From: Myxococcota bacterium
GTDB taxonomy: Bacteria; Myxococcota_A; Bradymonadia; UBA7976; UBA1532
Length of the DNA: 64,000 bases
NCBI GenBank assembly: GCA_036337435.1
Contig: JAYZEG010000058.1
Coordinates: forward strand, 68,239 to 132,238
Reading direction: 5' to 3'
A program made the position numbers and the translations under genes. This document shows positions 8,248 to 16,795 of the stretch, piece by piece. The notes under the pieces were generated by a model that ran no database searches, was not told the origin of the DNA, and saw nothing but the letters and a program-made list of their open reading frames with translations. Numbering within the stretch: position 1 is the stretch's first letter; each line of letters opens with the position of its first letter.

Positions 8248-10056
8248 ATGGCACTGCTTAAACGACTTGTTCAGTTAATCAAAAGCCTCTTCGGTGGGTC
8301 ACCGACCCAGTTAGACAGCGAAATCGAAGTATCGGTCGACGAAACGCTCGCCAGCGAACTTACTGAGCCGAAAGCGTCTTCGCCAATTGACTCTGGTGAC
8401 GCAGTTGACGACACCCTACAAACACAATCGAATCAGACCGAAGATGACGCGCATAACAGTCTCGTTGAAGAAGGCCAAGACAGTGAAAAGATGTCATCGG
8501 ACAGCCAAGATGACGGACCTGACGAGAGTGAGAAGAGTGTGCAGAAGGCTGACGTTGACAGTCTCGAGAAACAGCAGAGAGCGAAGGCAAAAAAAGACCG
8601 GCAGAGAGCCCGAAAAAAACGTAAATCCAAAAAAAGGCGGTCGCGCAAAGATGGCAAATCGACCTCCGCTGTAGAAGAGAACATCACGACACAGTCGACC
8701 GGTGAAGACACATCGAACACGTCAACCGATGAGCCGGACGAATCGGAGGCGACTCACGAGGCTATTGACACGTCGACTACATCCGGAGACGGCGATGAAC
8801 TCGCTCAAGACGGTTCCCCGAATACAGCACAAGACCAACTCACGGCTGATGAAGATCCACGACAGGACACGGAACCGACTTCGGACGAAGAGGCACTGAC
8901 CACTGACAGCACTGATGACACGTCGAACACCGACGAAATATCTCACAGCGACGACCAAATCTCCCAGACCGATACGCCTGACACCGACGGTACAGAAAAC
9001 ACATCGAACATACCGACCACGGAGGAAAAAGACCGGGACGATGCCACCACGGTGGAGACCCCGGAAGCCTCACAAGGCAAGTCCATAACAACTGACCGTG
9101 AAATCGCAGTGGAGACCCCGGAAACCTCACAAGACAAGTCAGTTAAAACCGACGATGATCGGCACGATGAGGTCCCAAATAGCAATACGGCAACCTCAGA
9201 AGGACAGGGCCAGACTGAGACTGTCTCCGACGATACGTTTGCTACCGGGGACCAGACCTCTCAAAGCGATACGTCTGATACCCACGTGCAGGCCCCTCAA
9301 AGCGTTACGTCACAGCCCGACGGTGCAACAGACGGGCTAGACACACCAGCCACGGACGAAAAAGACCAAGACGACGGTGCAGCAAACGGGCTAGACACAC
9401 CAGCCACGGACGAAAAAGACCAAGACGACGCTGTCGAAAAGACGCCAGCCTCGGTGTCATCGAACGCGAGTGATGATGATAGGACGATTACGCTGGACGC
9501 ATCAGACCTGGTCGCTGCTGAGCATATAGATGCCCTGTTCGATGACGACGTTGATGACATCGTAGAAATTGACGAAATTATTGAATTAGACGCCACACCC
9601 GAAGAAGACGCCGGACGTCAGTACACGACGCCACCAGCGATTCCACCGGCAGTACTCAACGATGACCGGGACGACTCAACGGATGAGGGAGTCAATCATG
9701 AGAGTCAGGTTAAACCAGACACCAATGATTTAAAAATACACACTAAAAGCAACGCGCAAAGCCCCAGTCTCATGCCACCTCCAAGCGATGCAGGCGCAGA
9801 CAGAGACAGAGACAGGCCAGACGAACCGGAACCAAATCGTGAGAACACTCAGGACGATTTTCATCAGGCGAGTCCATCGCCGAACACAAGCCAGGTGGAC
9901 GACCAAGACAACATGGATTCCGAGTTGATAGCAGAGACAGAAAAGACGAGCGCACCCAAACCAAAGCTGAAACTCGACCTCAAACGAACAACTGCAACAT
10001 CCGGTGGGTTGAAGAAACTAAACCTAAACCTGAAAAAGAAGACGCAAGACGAGTAA
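8248..10056 (+). CDS. Highly acidic, low-complexity hypothetical protein with N-terminal amphipathic helix
   Basis: About 600-codon ORF rich in D/E/S/T; N-terminus MALLKRLVQLIKSLFGG; internal K/R patch; basic C-terminus. Alternative start GTG 8236. Confidence 0.75.
   Translation: MALLKRLVQLIKSLFGGSPTQLDSEIEVSVDETLASELTEPKASSPIDSGDAVDDTLQTQSNQTEDDAHNSLVEEGQDSEKMSSDSQDDGPDESEKSVQKADVDSLEKQQRAKAKKDRQRARKKRKSKKRRSRKDGKSTSAVEENITTQSTGEDTSNTSTDEPDESEATHEAIDTSTTSGDGDELAQDGSPNTAQDQLTADEDPRQDTEPTSDEEALTTDSTDDTSNTDEISHSDDQISQTDTPDTDGTENTSNIPTTEEKDRDDATTVETPEASQGKSITTDREIAVETPETSQDKSVKTDDDRHDEVPNSNTATSEGQGQTETVSDDTFATGDQTSQSDTSDTHVQAPQSVTSQPDGATDGLDTPATDEKDQDDGAANGLDTPATDEKDQDDAVEKTPASVSSNASDDDRTITLDASDLVAAEHIDALFDDDVDDIVEIDEIIELDATPEEDAGRQYTTPPAIPPAVLNDDRDDSTDEGVNHESQVKPDTNDLKIHTKSNAQSPSLMPPPSDAGADRDRDRPDEPEPNRENTQDDFHQASPSPNTSQVDDQDNMDSELIAETEKTSAPKPKLKLDLKRTTATSGGLKKLNLNLKKKTQDE
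9319..9430 (+). repeat. 54-bp in-frame tandem duplication (DGAxxGLDTPATDEKDQD x2)
   Basis: Units start at 9319 and 9373 and are nearly identical. Confidence 0.9.
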
Positions 10057-10122
10057 TCAGTCCCTCTCGGTTAGCGAATAGCCTCCCGATGAGCCAATTC
10101 CATGAAGATAGTTGAGATGAAC

Positions 10123-10152
10123 TTGGCCAAAACCACCACACTGTGGTAGACA
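10123..10152 (+). promoter_or_regulatory. Putative sigma70 promoter for rne
   Basis: TTGGCC-18nt-TAGACA with a TG extension (TGG-TAGACA) at the start of the intergenic region. Confidence 0.35.
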
Positions 10153-10159
10153 GGCCTCG

Positions 10160-10427
10160 AAGAGTGGAGTGAGTGCGTACGGCACAAACCTTCGACAAAC
10201 GCTGTCGTCCGGTGACACACCGGAGCTGCTCAGGGTTATATCGGGCGTTATACTTCAACTCTGATGACGTAATTTATTTGGTATCCACGCGTCGGCCGAT
10301 TGAGGCCTACGCTTAACCTGGTCTGATACGACGACCAGTACATGCGCGCTGACTTTCGCCCCGGGTCCAATCAGTTTGGGACTGTCCGAGAGGCACTTGG
10401 GAAGCTGGCCGCCAAGAAAGGTTCAAC
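10160..10427 (+). promoter_or_regulatory. Long structured 5' leader of rne
   Basis: Consecutive hairpins at 10193-10207, 10208-10224, 10231-10263, 10289-10312, 10318-10338 and 10396-10416. Confidence 0.55.
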
Positions 10428-13400
10428 ATGAGCAAGCGAATGCTCGTCAATGCAGCTCAAGAGGGCGAAGTCCGAGTTGCGACGATAGAGAATAGTGTAC
10501 TAGAAGATTTAAATGTGGCCACCGAAGGCAATGAATTGTTGAAGGGGAACCTCTACAAGGGCGTTGTGGTGAGTGTAGAGTCTGGGCTTCAAGCGGCCTT
10601 TGTAGACTACGGCGCAGAGCGCAACGGCTTCATCACTTTCAATGACATTCACCGGCAATACTACAACAAAAAAATCAAGAATGACGGCAAGAGACTCAGG
10701 ATTCAGGACGCGATTGCGCCCGGTGCTGAATTGTTGGTTCAGGTTCACAAAGAAGAAGTTGGGAACAAGGGTGCTGCTCTTACGACCGACATCACACAAC
10801 CTGGACGCTATCTGGTTTTGATGCCTTTCTCCGACGGGGGCGGCGTAAGTCGAAAAATTGAGAGCGAAAGTGCACGAAAGAAACTCAAAGAAATCGTCAG
10901 CAAACTCAATGTCCCGGAGCCCATGGGCGTCATTGTTAGAACGGCTGGTCAAGATCGAACAAAGGCAGAATTGGTCAAGGATTATGAAGCTCTTGTGAGG
11001 AGTTGGGGCCATAGCCAAGCTCGATATGAACAACTAAAGAAACCAGGGTTGGTCTACCGAGAGCCCGACGTAGTGATCCGTTCCATTCGTGATTATTTCA
11101 CCGATGATGTCTCGGAAATCGTTGTAGACAATGATTCGGTCATGGATCGCCTCACAGACTACTTTGAAAGGCATGCGCCTGACGTTGTCGAACGCGTCAA
11201 GCGCTACAGGGGCAAAATGCCGCTTTTCAGTAATTACGGTCTGGAAAAACAGCTCGAAAATATCAGCAGCAGCAAAGTCGGTCTTCCGAGTGGAGGCAGT
11301 ATTGTCATCAACCCAACTGAGGCTCTAATCGCCATAGATGTCAACTCAGGCAAGAGCCGAGGACAATCGAATCAGGAAGAAATGGCCGTCCAGACAAATC
11401 TGGAAGCAGCGGTCGAGGCCGCGCGTCAACTTCGATTGAGGGATTTCGGTGGTCTCGTTGTCATCGATTTTATCGATATGTACGAGAATAAACATCGGCG
11501 ACAAGTTGAGAAAAAGCTCAAAGAAGCAATGAAACGCGACAAAGCTCGCGTCGAAGTCGGTCGCATTTCTCGATTTGGACTCCTTGAGTTATCGAGGCAG
11601 AGAGTAAAAGCTCGGCTCCTTTCGAGCACCCATAACATCTGTCCGATGTGCGAAGGTTCCGGGTATGTGATGTCGACGGAAGTCAGTTCAATCACCATGC
11701 TGCGACGTTTGCAGGAGCTTGCAGTCAGCGCACCGAAGGCGGCCAGTATTCGCGGCCGCCTACCGGTTCCTGTCGCGCTCAATTTGTTGAACTTGCATCG
11801 AGCCTCCATCGCCGAAATGGAAGCAAACTTCAACGTAACCATCGAGATCGTGCCCGAGATCGGTGCCGTCTCTACACGGGACGCGTTTGAGATCATCACG
11901 CGTGCGATGACCGAAAAACAGAGTGAAGAACAACGTAATGACCGTCGAGACCGCCGAGATCGGGGTCGTGGACGCAAACGGTCGAGTCGCGGCGATCACC
12001 AGAGAAGCGAGGGCGATCGACAAAGTCGGTCGAAGGGGAGTAGTGGCCCTCACTCTGAAGCCGAACAACCCTATGAACCACCAAAAGTTGTGGGGTTCTT
12101 GGAGCCTGAACAATTTAATGAAGGCGCAGATGAAACAGCGTCATCTTCAGACGAAAAAGGCAATGCTGACGCCATACAAACCGCAGAGAGCGATAAACCC
12201 CGAGACCGGAGACGTCGCCGAGGTCGCGGTCGACGCGGTGGAACTGAGCAAAAGCAACAAGCAAAGAGCACTGACAGCAACGCTGCCAATGATGCCGATC
12301 GTGCTGAACAAAAACGACTCGCCGCTCGAGAACGTAACAAGGCTCGGCGCAATGCACGAAAATCACGCACTTTAGAGCCCGCACAGCAGGCACCAGCTGA
12401 TGCAGCCACGACCGTGCAAAATCACCACGGATCGACAGTCTCCGAACCAGTAGACACGTCAGCACAAGCCCAGCAAGACCGAGATAAGAAAGCAAGCCAG
12501 AACAACAGACGCGCCGCGAGCCGACTTCGTAATCGACTTGTCCAAAAGGTGAAGAGCACTGAACAGACAGAGGAAGCGTCCGAAAGGTCTGTGCAATCAG
12601 ACATTACACAGGAACCCACTCGTCCCGAAAAACAGGAAAAGCCAAAGAGCGCGTCCAAAGCGAAAGAAACAGCAAAAGCACGGTTGCAGGCGAAAGCAAA
12701 AGCTCAACTTGGAAAAGCACAAACATCGGCTAAATCCGAGAAGAAGAATGCATCGGAGACCCAAAGGAAAACGAGTACGAAGCAGGAAGAAACTCGTGAG
12801 GTCATCGATGCGAAATCGACCAATGCAGCCGACCTAGTGAAGGCAAAATTAAAAGGCCGAACAAAAAAGACGTCGGCTCCAGCGAAGTCGCAGCCAGATA
12901 ACGGTCGAGGGTCAACAACCAAAACCGATGAAAATAACGGTGTAGCCTCCACGAGCGGTGCTGCAGCCTCGGATAGGGCAGCCGAAGTTCTCAAAGCGAA
13001 GATCGCCGGAAAAATTCGCGGCGCGTCTCAAACAGACCCGAGCGTTGACTCTCAGACTGCGACGAAAAAGAAGAGTCCTCGGGGCAGTAAAAGTGAGACC
13101 AAAGCTGCGACGCCAAGTCGCACAAAACGCACACCAAAAACGACTCGAAATACAACCGAGACGGGGCCAGTCAAGAGTTCAGAGGGCGCATCTGCTGAAA
13201 AGCCGAAACGCACTCGTCGAACAGCGGCTGCAAAAGATAAGACGCCTGCAGACTCAAATACAGGCAGTGCAAAGACAACAAGTCCTCAAGACGAAGCAGC
13301 AAATCCAAAGCGGACGCGGACCCGTCGGACAAAAACCACCGGCGCATCCGAAACGGCATCGACATCGAAGACAGCGACCGCAAAAACAGAGAGTGAGGGC

Positions 13401-14012
13401 GCAAGAGGCGAGGTGGAAAAAGCCAAGCCAAGGCGAACACGCTCAACCGCTAAGAAAACTGAAACTGCGTCTTCGAAAACGACTCGAAAATCAGCGGCCA
13501 AAGCGAAAATCGGGGATGATGTTGACACCAAGACAACTGAATCAAGTGCACCAAAAGCGAAGAGAACGACGCGGACCAGGGCAGGCGCAGCCGAAACAAG
13601 CGGCCCGACGACTCAAACCGTAACGGCGGAAAAAACGTCTCGTCGGAGTTCAGCCAAAGGGAAAGGCACGGAGACAACCGACGCCGTTGAGGTCAAGCCG
13701 ACGTCAACACGCCGTACTCGAAAGGCGGCGCCCAAAAAGGCTACTGAATCAGCTGAAAAAAACGCGGCTACTAAGAAAACAGCCGCCACTAAGAAAACAA
13801 CGGCTACTAAGAAAACAGCCGCCACTAAGAAAACAGCGGCCACAAAGAAAACAGCGGCCACTAAGAAAACAGCCGCCACTAAGAAAACAGCCGCCAAGCC
13901 CACATCAAGTAAGACGAAGACATCGAAAAAAACGGTTGAAGGGGATGTACCATCAGGTGATGAACTCGCCCGTCAGAAAGCCGCGTCTGTCATGGCAACG
14001 CTGGGTAAATAA
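10428..14012 (+). CDS. rne: Ribonuclease E (Rne/Rng family) with very long basic disordered C-terminal region
   Basis: S1 domain GNLYKG..AAFVDYG, KGAALT, IVRTA, AIDVNSG and IDFIDM catalytic Asp motifs, Zn-link CPMC; about 700-aa low-complexity tail. Confidence 0.95.
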   Translation: MSKRMLVNAAQEGEVRVATIENSVLEDLNVATEGNELLKGNLYKGVVVSVESGLQAAFVDYGAERNGFITFNDIHRQYYNKKIKNDGKRLRIQDAIAPGAELLVQVHKEEVGNKGAALTTDITQPGRYLVLMPFSDGGGVSRKIESESARKKLKEIVSKLNVPEPMGVIVRTAGQDRTKAELVKDYEALVRSWGHSQARYEQLKKPGLVYREPDVVIRSIRDYFTDDVSEIVVDNDSVMDRLTDYFERHAPDVVERVKRYRGKMPLFSNYGLEKQLENISSSKVGLPSGGSIVINPTEALIAIDVNSGKSRGQSNQEEMAVQTNLEAAVEAARQLRLRDFGGLVVIDFIDMYENKHRRQVEKKLKEAMKRDKARVEVGRISRFGLLELSRQRVKARLLSSTHNICPMCEGSGYVMSTEVSSITMLRRLQELAVSAPKAASIRGRLPVPVALNLLNLHRASIAEMEANFNVTIEIVPEIGAVSTRDAFEIITRAMTEKQSEEQRNDRRDRRDRGRGRKRSSRGDHQRSEGDRQSRSKGSSGPHSEAEQPYEPPKVVGFLEPEQFNEGADETASSSDEKGNADAIQTAESDKPRDRRRRRGRGRRGGTEQKQQAKSTDSNAANDADRAEQKRLAARERNKARRNARKSRTLEPAQQAPADAATTVQNHHGSTVSEPVDTSAQAQQDRDKKASQNNRRAASRLRNRLVQKVKSTEQTEEASERSVQSDITQEPTRPEKQEKPKSASKAKETAKARLQAKAKAQLGKAQTSAKSEKKNASETQRKTSTKQEETREVIDAKSTNAADLVKAKLKGRTKKTSAPAKSQPDNGRGSTTKTDENNGVASTSGAAASDRAAEVLKAKIAGKIRGASQTDPSVDSQTATKKKSPRGSKSETKAATPSRTKRTPKTTRNTTETGPVKSSEGASAEKPKRTRRTAAAKDKTPADSNTGSAKTTSPQDEAANPKRTRTRRTKTTGASETASTSKTATAKTESEGARGEVEKAKPRRTRSTAKKTETASSKTTRKSAAKAKIGDDVDTKTTESSAPKAKRTTRTRAGAAETSGPTTQTVTAEKTSRRSSAKGKGTETTDAVEVKPTSTRRTRKAAPKKATESAEKNAATKKTAATKKTTATKKTAATKKTAATKKTAATKKTAATKKTAAKPTSSKTKTSKKTVEGDVPSGDELARQKAASVMATLGK
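13764..13895 (+). repeat. 18-bp tandem repeat x7 encoding (AATKKT)n
   Basis: Units of the type gcsgcyactaagaaaaca at 13764, 13782, 13800, 13818, 13836, 13854 and 13872, plus a partial unit. Confidence 0.95.
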
Positions 14013-14064
14013 TCCATCCTTAACTCATTTCTGGCTCATTGATCTCCGCGTTACGGGAGGTCAA

Positions 14065-15429
14065 TTAGCCGGTTGAGTTTATGAGCGTCCACGTTTCATC
14101 TGAATTTGGTCGGACGCATCCATCCATCACCAGCTTGTTCAAATGTGCGAGCAAAGATAAACCTGCTAACCCACCCTTCGGACCGGAGCGCAACGGCAGG
14201 GGTGTATCGGAATAAACCTGCTCAACCAATTGCAGGAAATCGTCGGTCTTTCGCAAGGCATCTAGAAGACTTTGCTCACGAGCGAGTCGATGGTCGATAT
14301 ATTGATCTAGTTTCTCTATGGAGTTGGCAACATAGGGTCCGTGGCTTGGTAGTAAGCATGTCGGTGCACGGTCGCGAATTCTTCGCAAACTTTCTAGGTA
14401 GGAAGACATGCAGCCCTCAGTTGGTTCGACCAAAATTGATCCGAGTCCAGCCACCATGTCACCGACGACCATCACGGCCGACCGCTGCTCGTAAAGACAG
14501 ATGTGCCCCGGTGCATGCCCGGGTGTAAACAAGACCTCCCAGGCCTGACCATTCTCAAGCTCGATGACATCACCGTCATCTAGAAATTCATGGACCTCAA
14601 AGGCGACTCGATTTGCTGTTTCTCGGTGTGCCCAAATCGGCGCACCATATCGCTCGTGACAGTCTACCAGACCCCCGATATGGTCTCGATGATGATGGGT
14701 TGTAACAAACGCTTTAATCTCGCAACCTGACTGAATCCTATCATCCAAGTATTGGTAGAGATCGGCACGGACCGTCGCGTCATATGCGGCAGGCTCAACA
14801 ACCAGGAGTTCTTTATCTCCTAAAATATAACAGTTGGTATGAGTCGCTGGGGGCAAAGTCGGCGTTCTCAACGGGATCATCATCATATCGGGCTGAATGG
14901 GCGAAAATGTTGGTTCTCGGCCACTCGCTTCAGTGCTTTCAAGTGCTAACGTGGCACCCGATACACCAGCGCTCAGTAAGCCCTTGAGAATGGCTTGCGT
15001 GGGTGGAACGAGGCGAACGTTGCCGGACCGCCAGAGAGCCATTGCATCATGGGGCGTAATCCAACACCCATCAACCAGCTCATGACCGGGCACCACGTCT
15101 CGGAATACATCGGTATCGACCCACAGAGCATAAAAATGGGTTTCGAGGGGATAGACCAAATATGGAGGCGTAATCCAGCGACCCAAGTACTCTAGTTTGT
15201 GCACAGACGAAGAGATGTCAGCCCCTGTCTCTTCCATAACTTCACGGATCAAACATGCCTTTAGACGCTGGTCTTTATCATCGAATGTGTCCGTCTCCGT
15301 GGAATCGACGAGTCCGCCAGGGAAAACATTGAAACTGGCCAAGAATGGCGCGGTTGGCCCCCGTCTCGCCCAGTAAATCATCGGGTTCTCTGGGTCTTTT
15401 AGTACAATTAAGGATGTAGCTAACCTCAA
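14065..15429 (-). CDS. Nudix hydrolase fused to LACTB2-like metallo-beta-lactamase-fold hydrolase
   Basis: N-terminal FPGG..REVMEETG and RWITP; C-terminal TLPPATHTNCY, THHHRDH, TPGHAPGH, GD, PSHGP, AHLNKL. TTG start. Confidence 0.85.
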   Translation of the reverse strand: MRLATSLIVLKDPENPMIYWARRGPTAPFLASFNVFPGGLVDSTETDTFDDKDQRLKACLIREVMEETGADISSSVHKLEYLGRWITPPYLVYPLETHFYALWVDTDVFRDVVPGHELVDGCWITPHDAMALWRSGNVRLVPPTQAILKGLLSAGVSGATLALESTEASGREPTFSPIQPDMMMIPLRTPTLPPATHTNCYILGDKELLVVEPAAYDATVRADLYQYLDDRIQSGCEIKAFVTTHHHRDHIGGLVDCHERYGAPIWAHRETANRVAFEVHEFLDDGDVIELENGQAWEVLFTPGHAPGHICLYEQRSAVMVVGDMVAGLGSILVEPTEGCMSSYLESLRRIRDRAPTCLLPSHGPYVANSIEKLDQYIDHRLAREQSLLDALRKTDDFLQLVEQVYSDTPLPLRSGPKGGLAGLSLLAHLNKLVMDGCVRPNSDETWTLINSTG

Positions 15430-15550
15430 AACTCAGCCCCCATTTAGTTTTTTTGGTCGATGAAAGCCCAATCCAGAATTTTGACGATTAAAATCTTGGA
15501 TGGTGGATAACCAGACAAGTATGGCCCCAATTGCTTTCTTTTTCAAAAGC

Positions 15551-15578
15551 TGGACAGTTTTTCAATTGCCGTTAAGCT
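15551..15578 (+). promoter_or_regulatory. Putative sigma70 promoter abutting the nucleoside phosphorylase start
   Basis: TGGACA-16nt-TAAGCT; in-frame GTG at 15585; no SD visible. Confidence 0.35.
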
Positions 15579-16424
15579 GTGTATGTGGATACCAAACCTT
15601 ATGATTTTGCCTTAAACGCAGCATCGTTTTTAACGAGTCGAGCAGACGCACCAGATTGCGCGGTCGTGCTCGGCAGTGGTCTAGGTGCATTCGCAGAACA
15701 ACTTGTCGAACCAGACGTGATTTCCTATGGAGAAATTCCTGGTTTCCCCAAGGTCGGTGTTGCAGGTCATGCGGGACAACTGGTCGTGGGTCGGGTGGGA
15801 CAAGACGGACCAAGGGTTGCAGCCCTTTCCGGCCGCGTTCATCTCTACGAGGGACACGACCCCAACCTAATCGTCCATCCGGTACGAACGCTGTCCCTCT
15901 GGGGCGTGAATACAATCGTTTTTACCAATGCAGCGGGCGCGATTCACACGCACCTCAAGCCGGGCGATCTTATGCTCATCAGCGATCACATTAATCTGAC
16001 CGGACTGAATCCGTTGACCGGGCACAACGATGAGCGACTTGGTACCCGCTTCCCTGACATGAGTTACGCATATGACCGACACGTGACATCTTGTTTTCAG
16101 GACATCGCAAAAGAACAGAACATCCATGTCGGAGTTGGAGTTTACGCGGGGTTAAAGGGACCCTCGTATGAAACGCCTGCCGAAATTAGGATGCTGGGCA
16201 CCATCGGTGCTGATGCCGTCGGGATGTCGACTGTTTGTGAAGTCATTGCGGCACGACATATGGGTATGACCGTGGCTGGTATTTCATGTATTACCAATTA
16301 TGCAGCAGGGCTTTCGGACGATTTACTGGACCATTCTGAGGTGAAGGCAACAGCAGATATGGCGCGAAACAAATTCCTGAAGCTTCTCAATGGCGGCATC
16401 AAACGGATTCTGACCAAAGAATAA
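15579..16424 (+). CDS. punA: Purine-nucleoside phosphorylase (trimeric PunA/XapA type)
   Basis: VLGSGLG, GRVHLYEG, TNAAG, DHINL, GPSYETPAE, DAVGMSTV, TN.A; start may be GTG 15585. Confidence 0.92.
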   Translation: MYVDTKPYDFALNAASFLTSRADAPDCAVVLGSGLGAFAEQLVEPDVISYGEIPGFPKVGVAGHAGQLVVGRVGQDGPRVAALSGRVHLYEGHDPNLIVHPVRTLSLWGVNTIVFTNAAGAIHTHLKPGDLMLISDHINLTGLNPLTGHNDERLGTRFPDMSYAYDRHVTSCFQDIAKEQNIHVGVGVYAGLKGPSYETPAEIRMLGTIGADAVGMSTVCEVIAARHMGMTVAGISCITNYAAGLSDDLLDHSEVKATADMARNKFLKLLNGGIKRILTKE

Positions 16425-16457
16425 AGCCCACTAAAAATGGGCTTCGGAGCCTTCGTT

Positions 16458-16793
16458 ATGAGCACTATTTTCAGTAAAATAATAGCGGGTGAAATTCCGT
16501 CAGACCAGGTCTACTCCGATGACCTATGTGTCGCTTTTCGAGATATTAACCCGGCCGCACCTGTCCATATTTTAGTCATTCCAAGACAAGAGATCGCACA
16601 GCTAAACCACATGACCGAAGACGACGAAGAACTGGTTGGGCATTTAATGCGTGTCGCTGGGATAGTCGCACGACAAGAGGGCTATGACGACTTCCGCGTG
16701 ATCGTGAATAATGGTGCTGGCGCGGGCCAAACTGTTTTTCATCTGCACCTACACGTCATCGCAGGACGCTCCCTGAGTTGGCCTCCAGGATGA
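16458..16793 (+). CDS. hinT: Histidine triad nucleotide-binding protein
   Basis: TIFSKII.GEIP, AFRDINP.APVH, AGQTVFHLHLH; ATG 16458 after GGAG. Confidence 0.92.
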   Translation: MSTIFSKIIAGEIPSDQVYSDDLCVAFRDINPAAPVHILVIPRQEIAQLNHMTEDDEELVGHLMRVAGIVARQEGYDDFRVIVNNGAGAGQTVFHLHLHVIAGRSLSWPPG

Positions 16794-16795
16794 AA

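Noticed and set aside
13764-13895. Tandem repeats as a CRISPR array
   Set aside because: No spacers; in-frame coding repeat with mostly synonymous variation; no cas genes.
13613-13903. Hydrophobic antisense ORF (AAVFLV)n
   Set aside because: It is the reverse complement of the rne repeat, like many other shadow ORFs in the track.
15426-15443. 5-codon upstream ORF (MGAEF) overlapping the TTG start of the Nudix fusion
   Set aside because: Too short to distinguish from chance; its G-run more simply serves as the SD.
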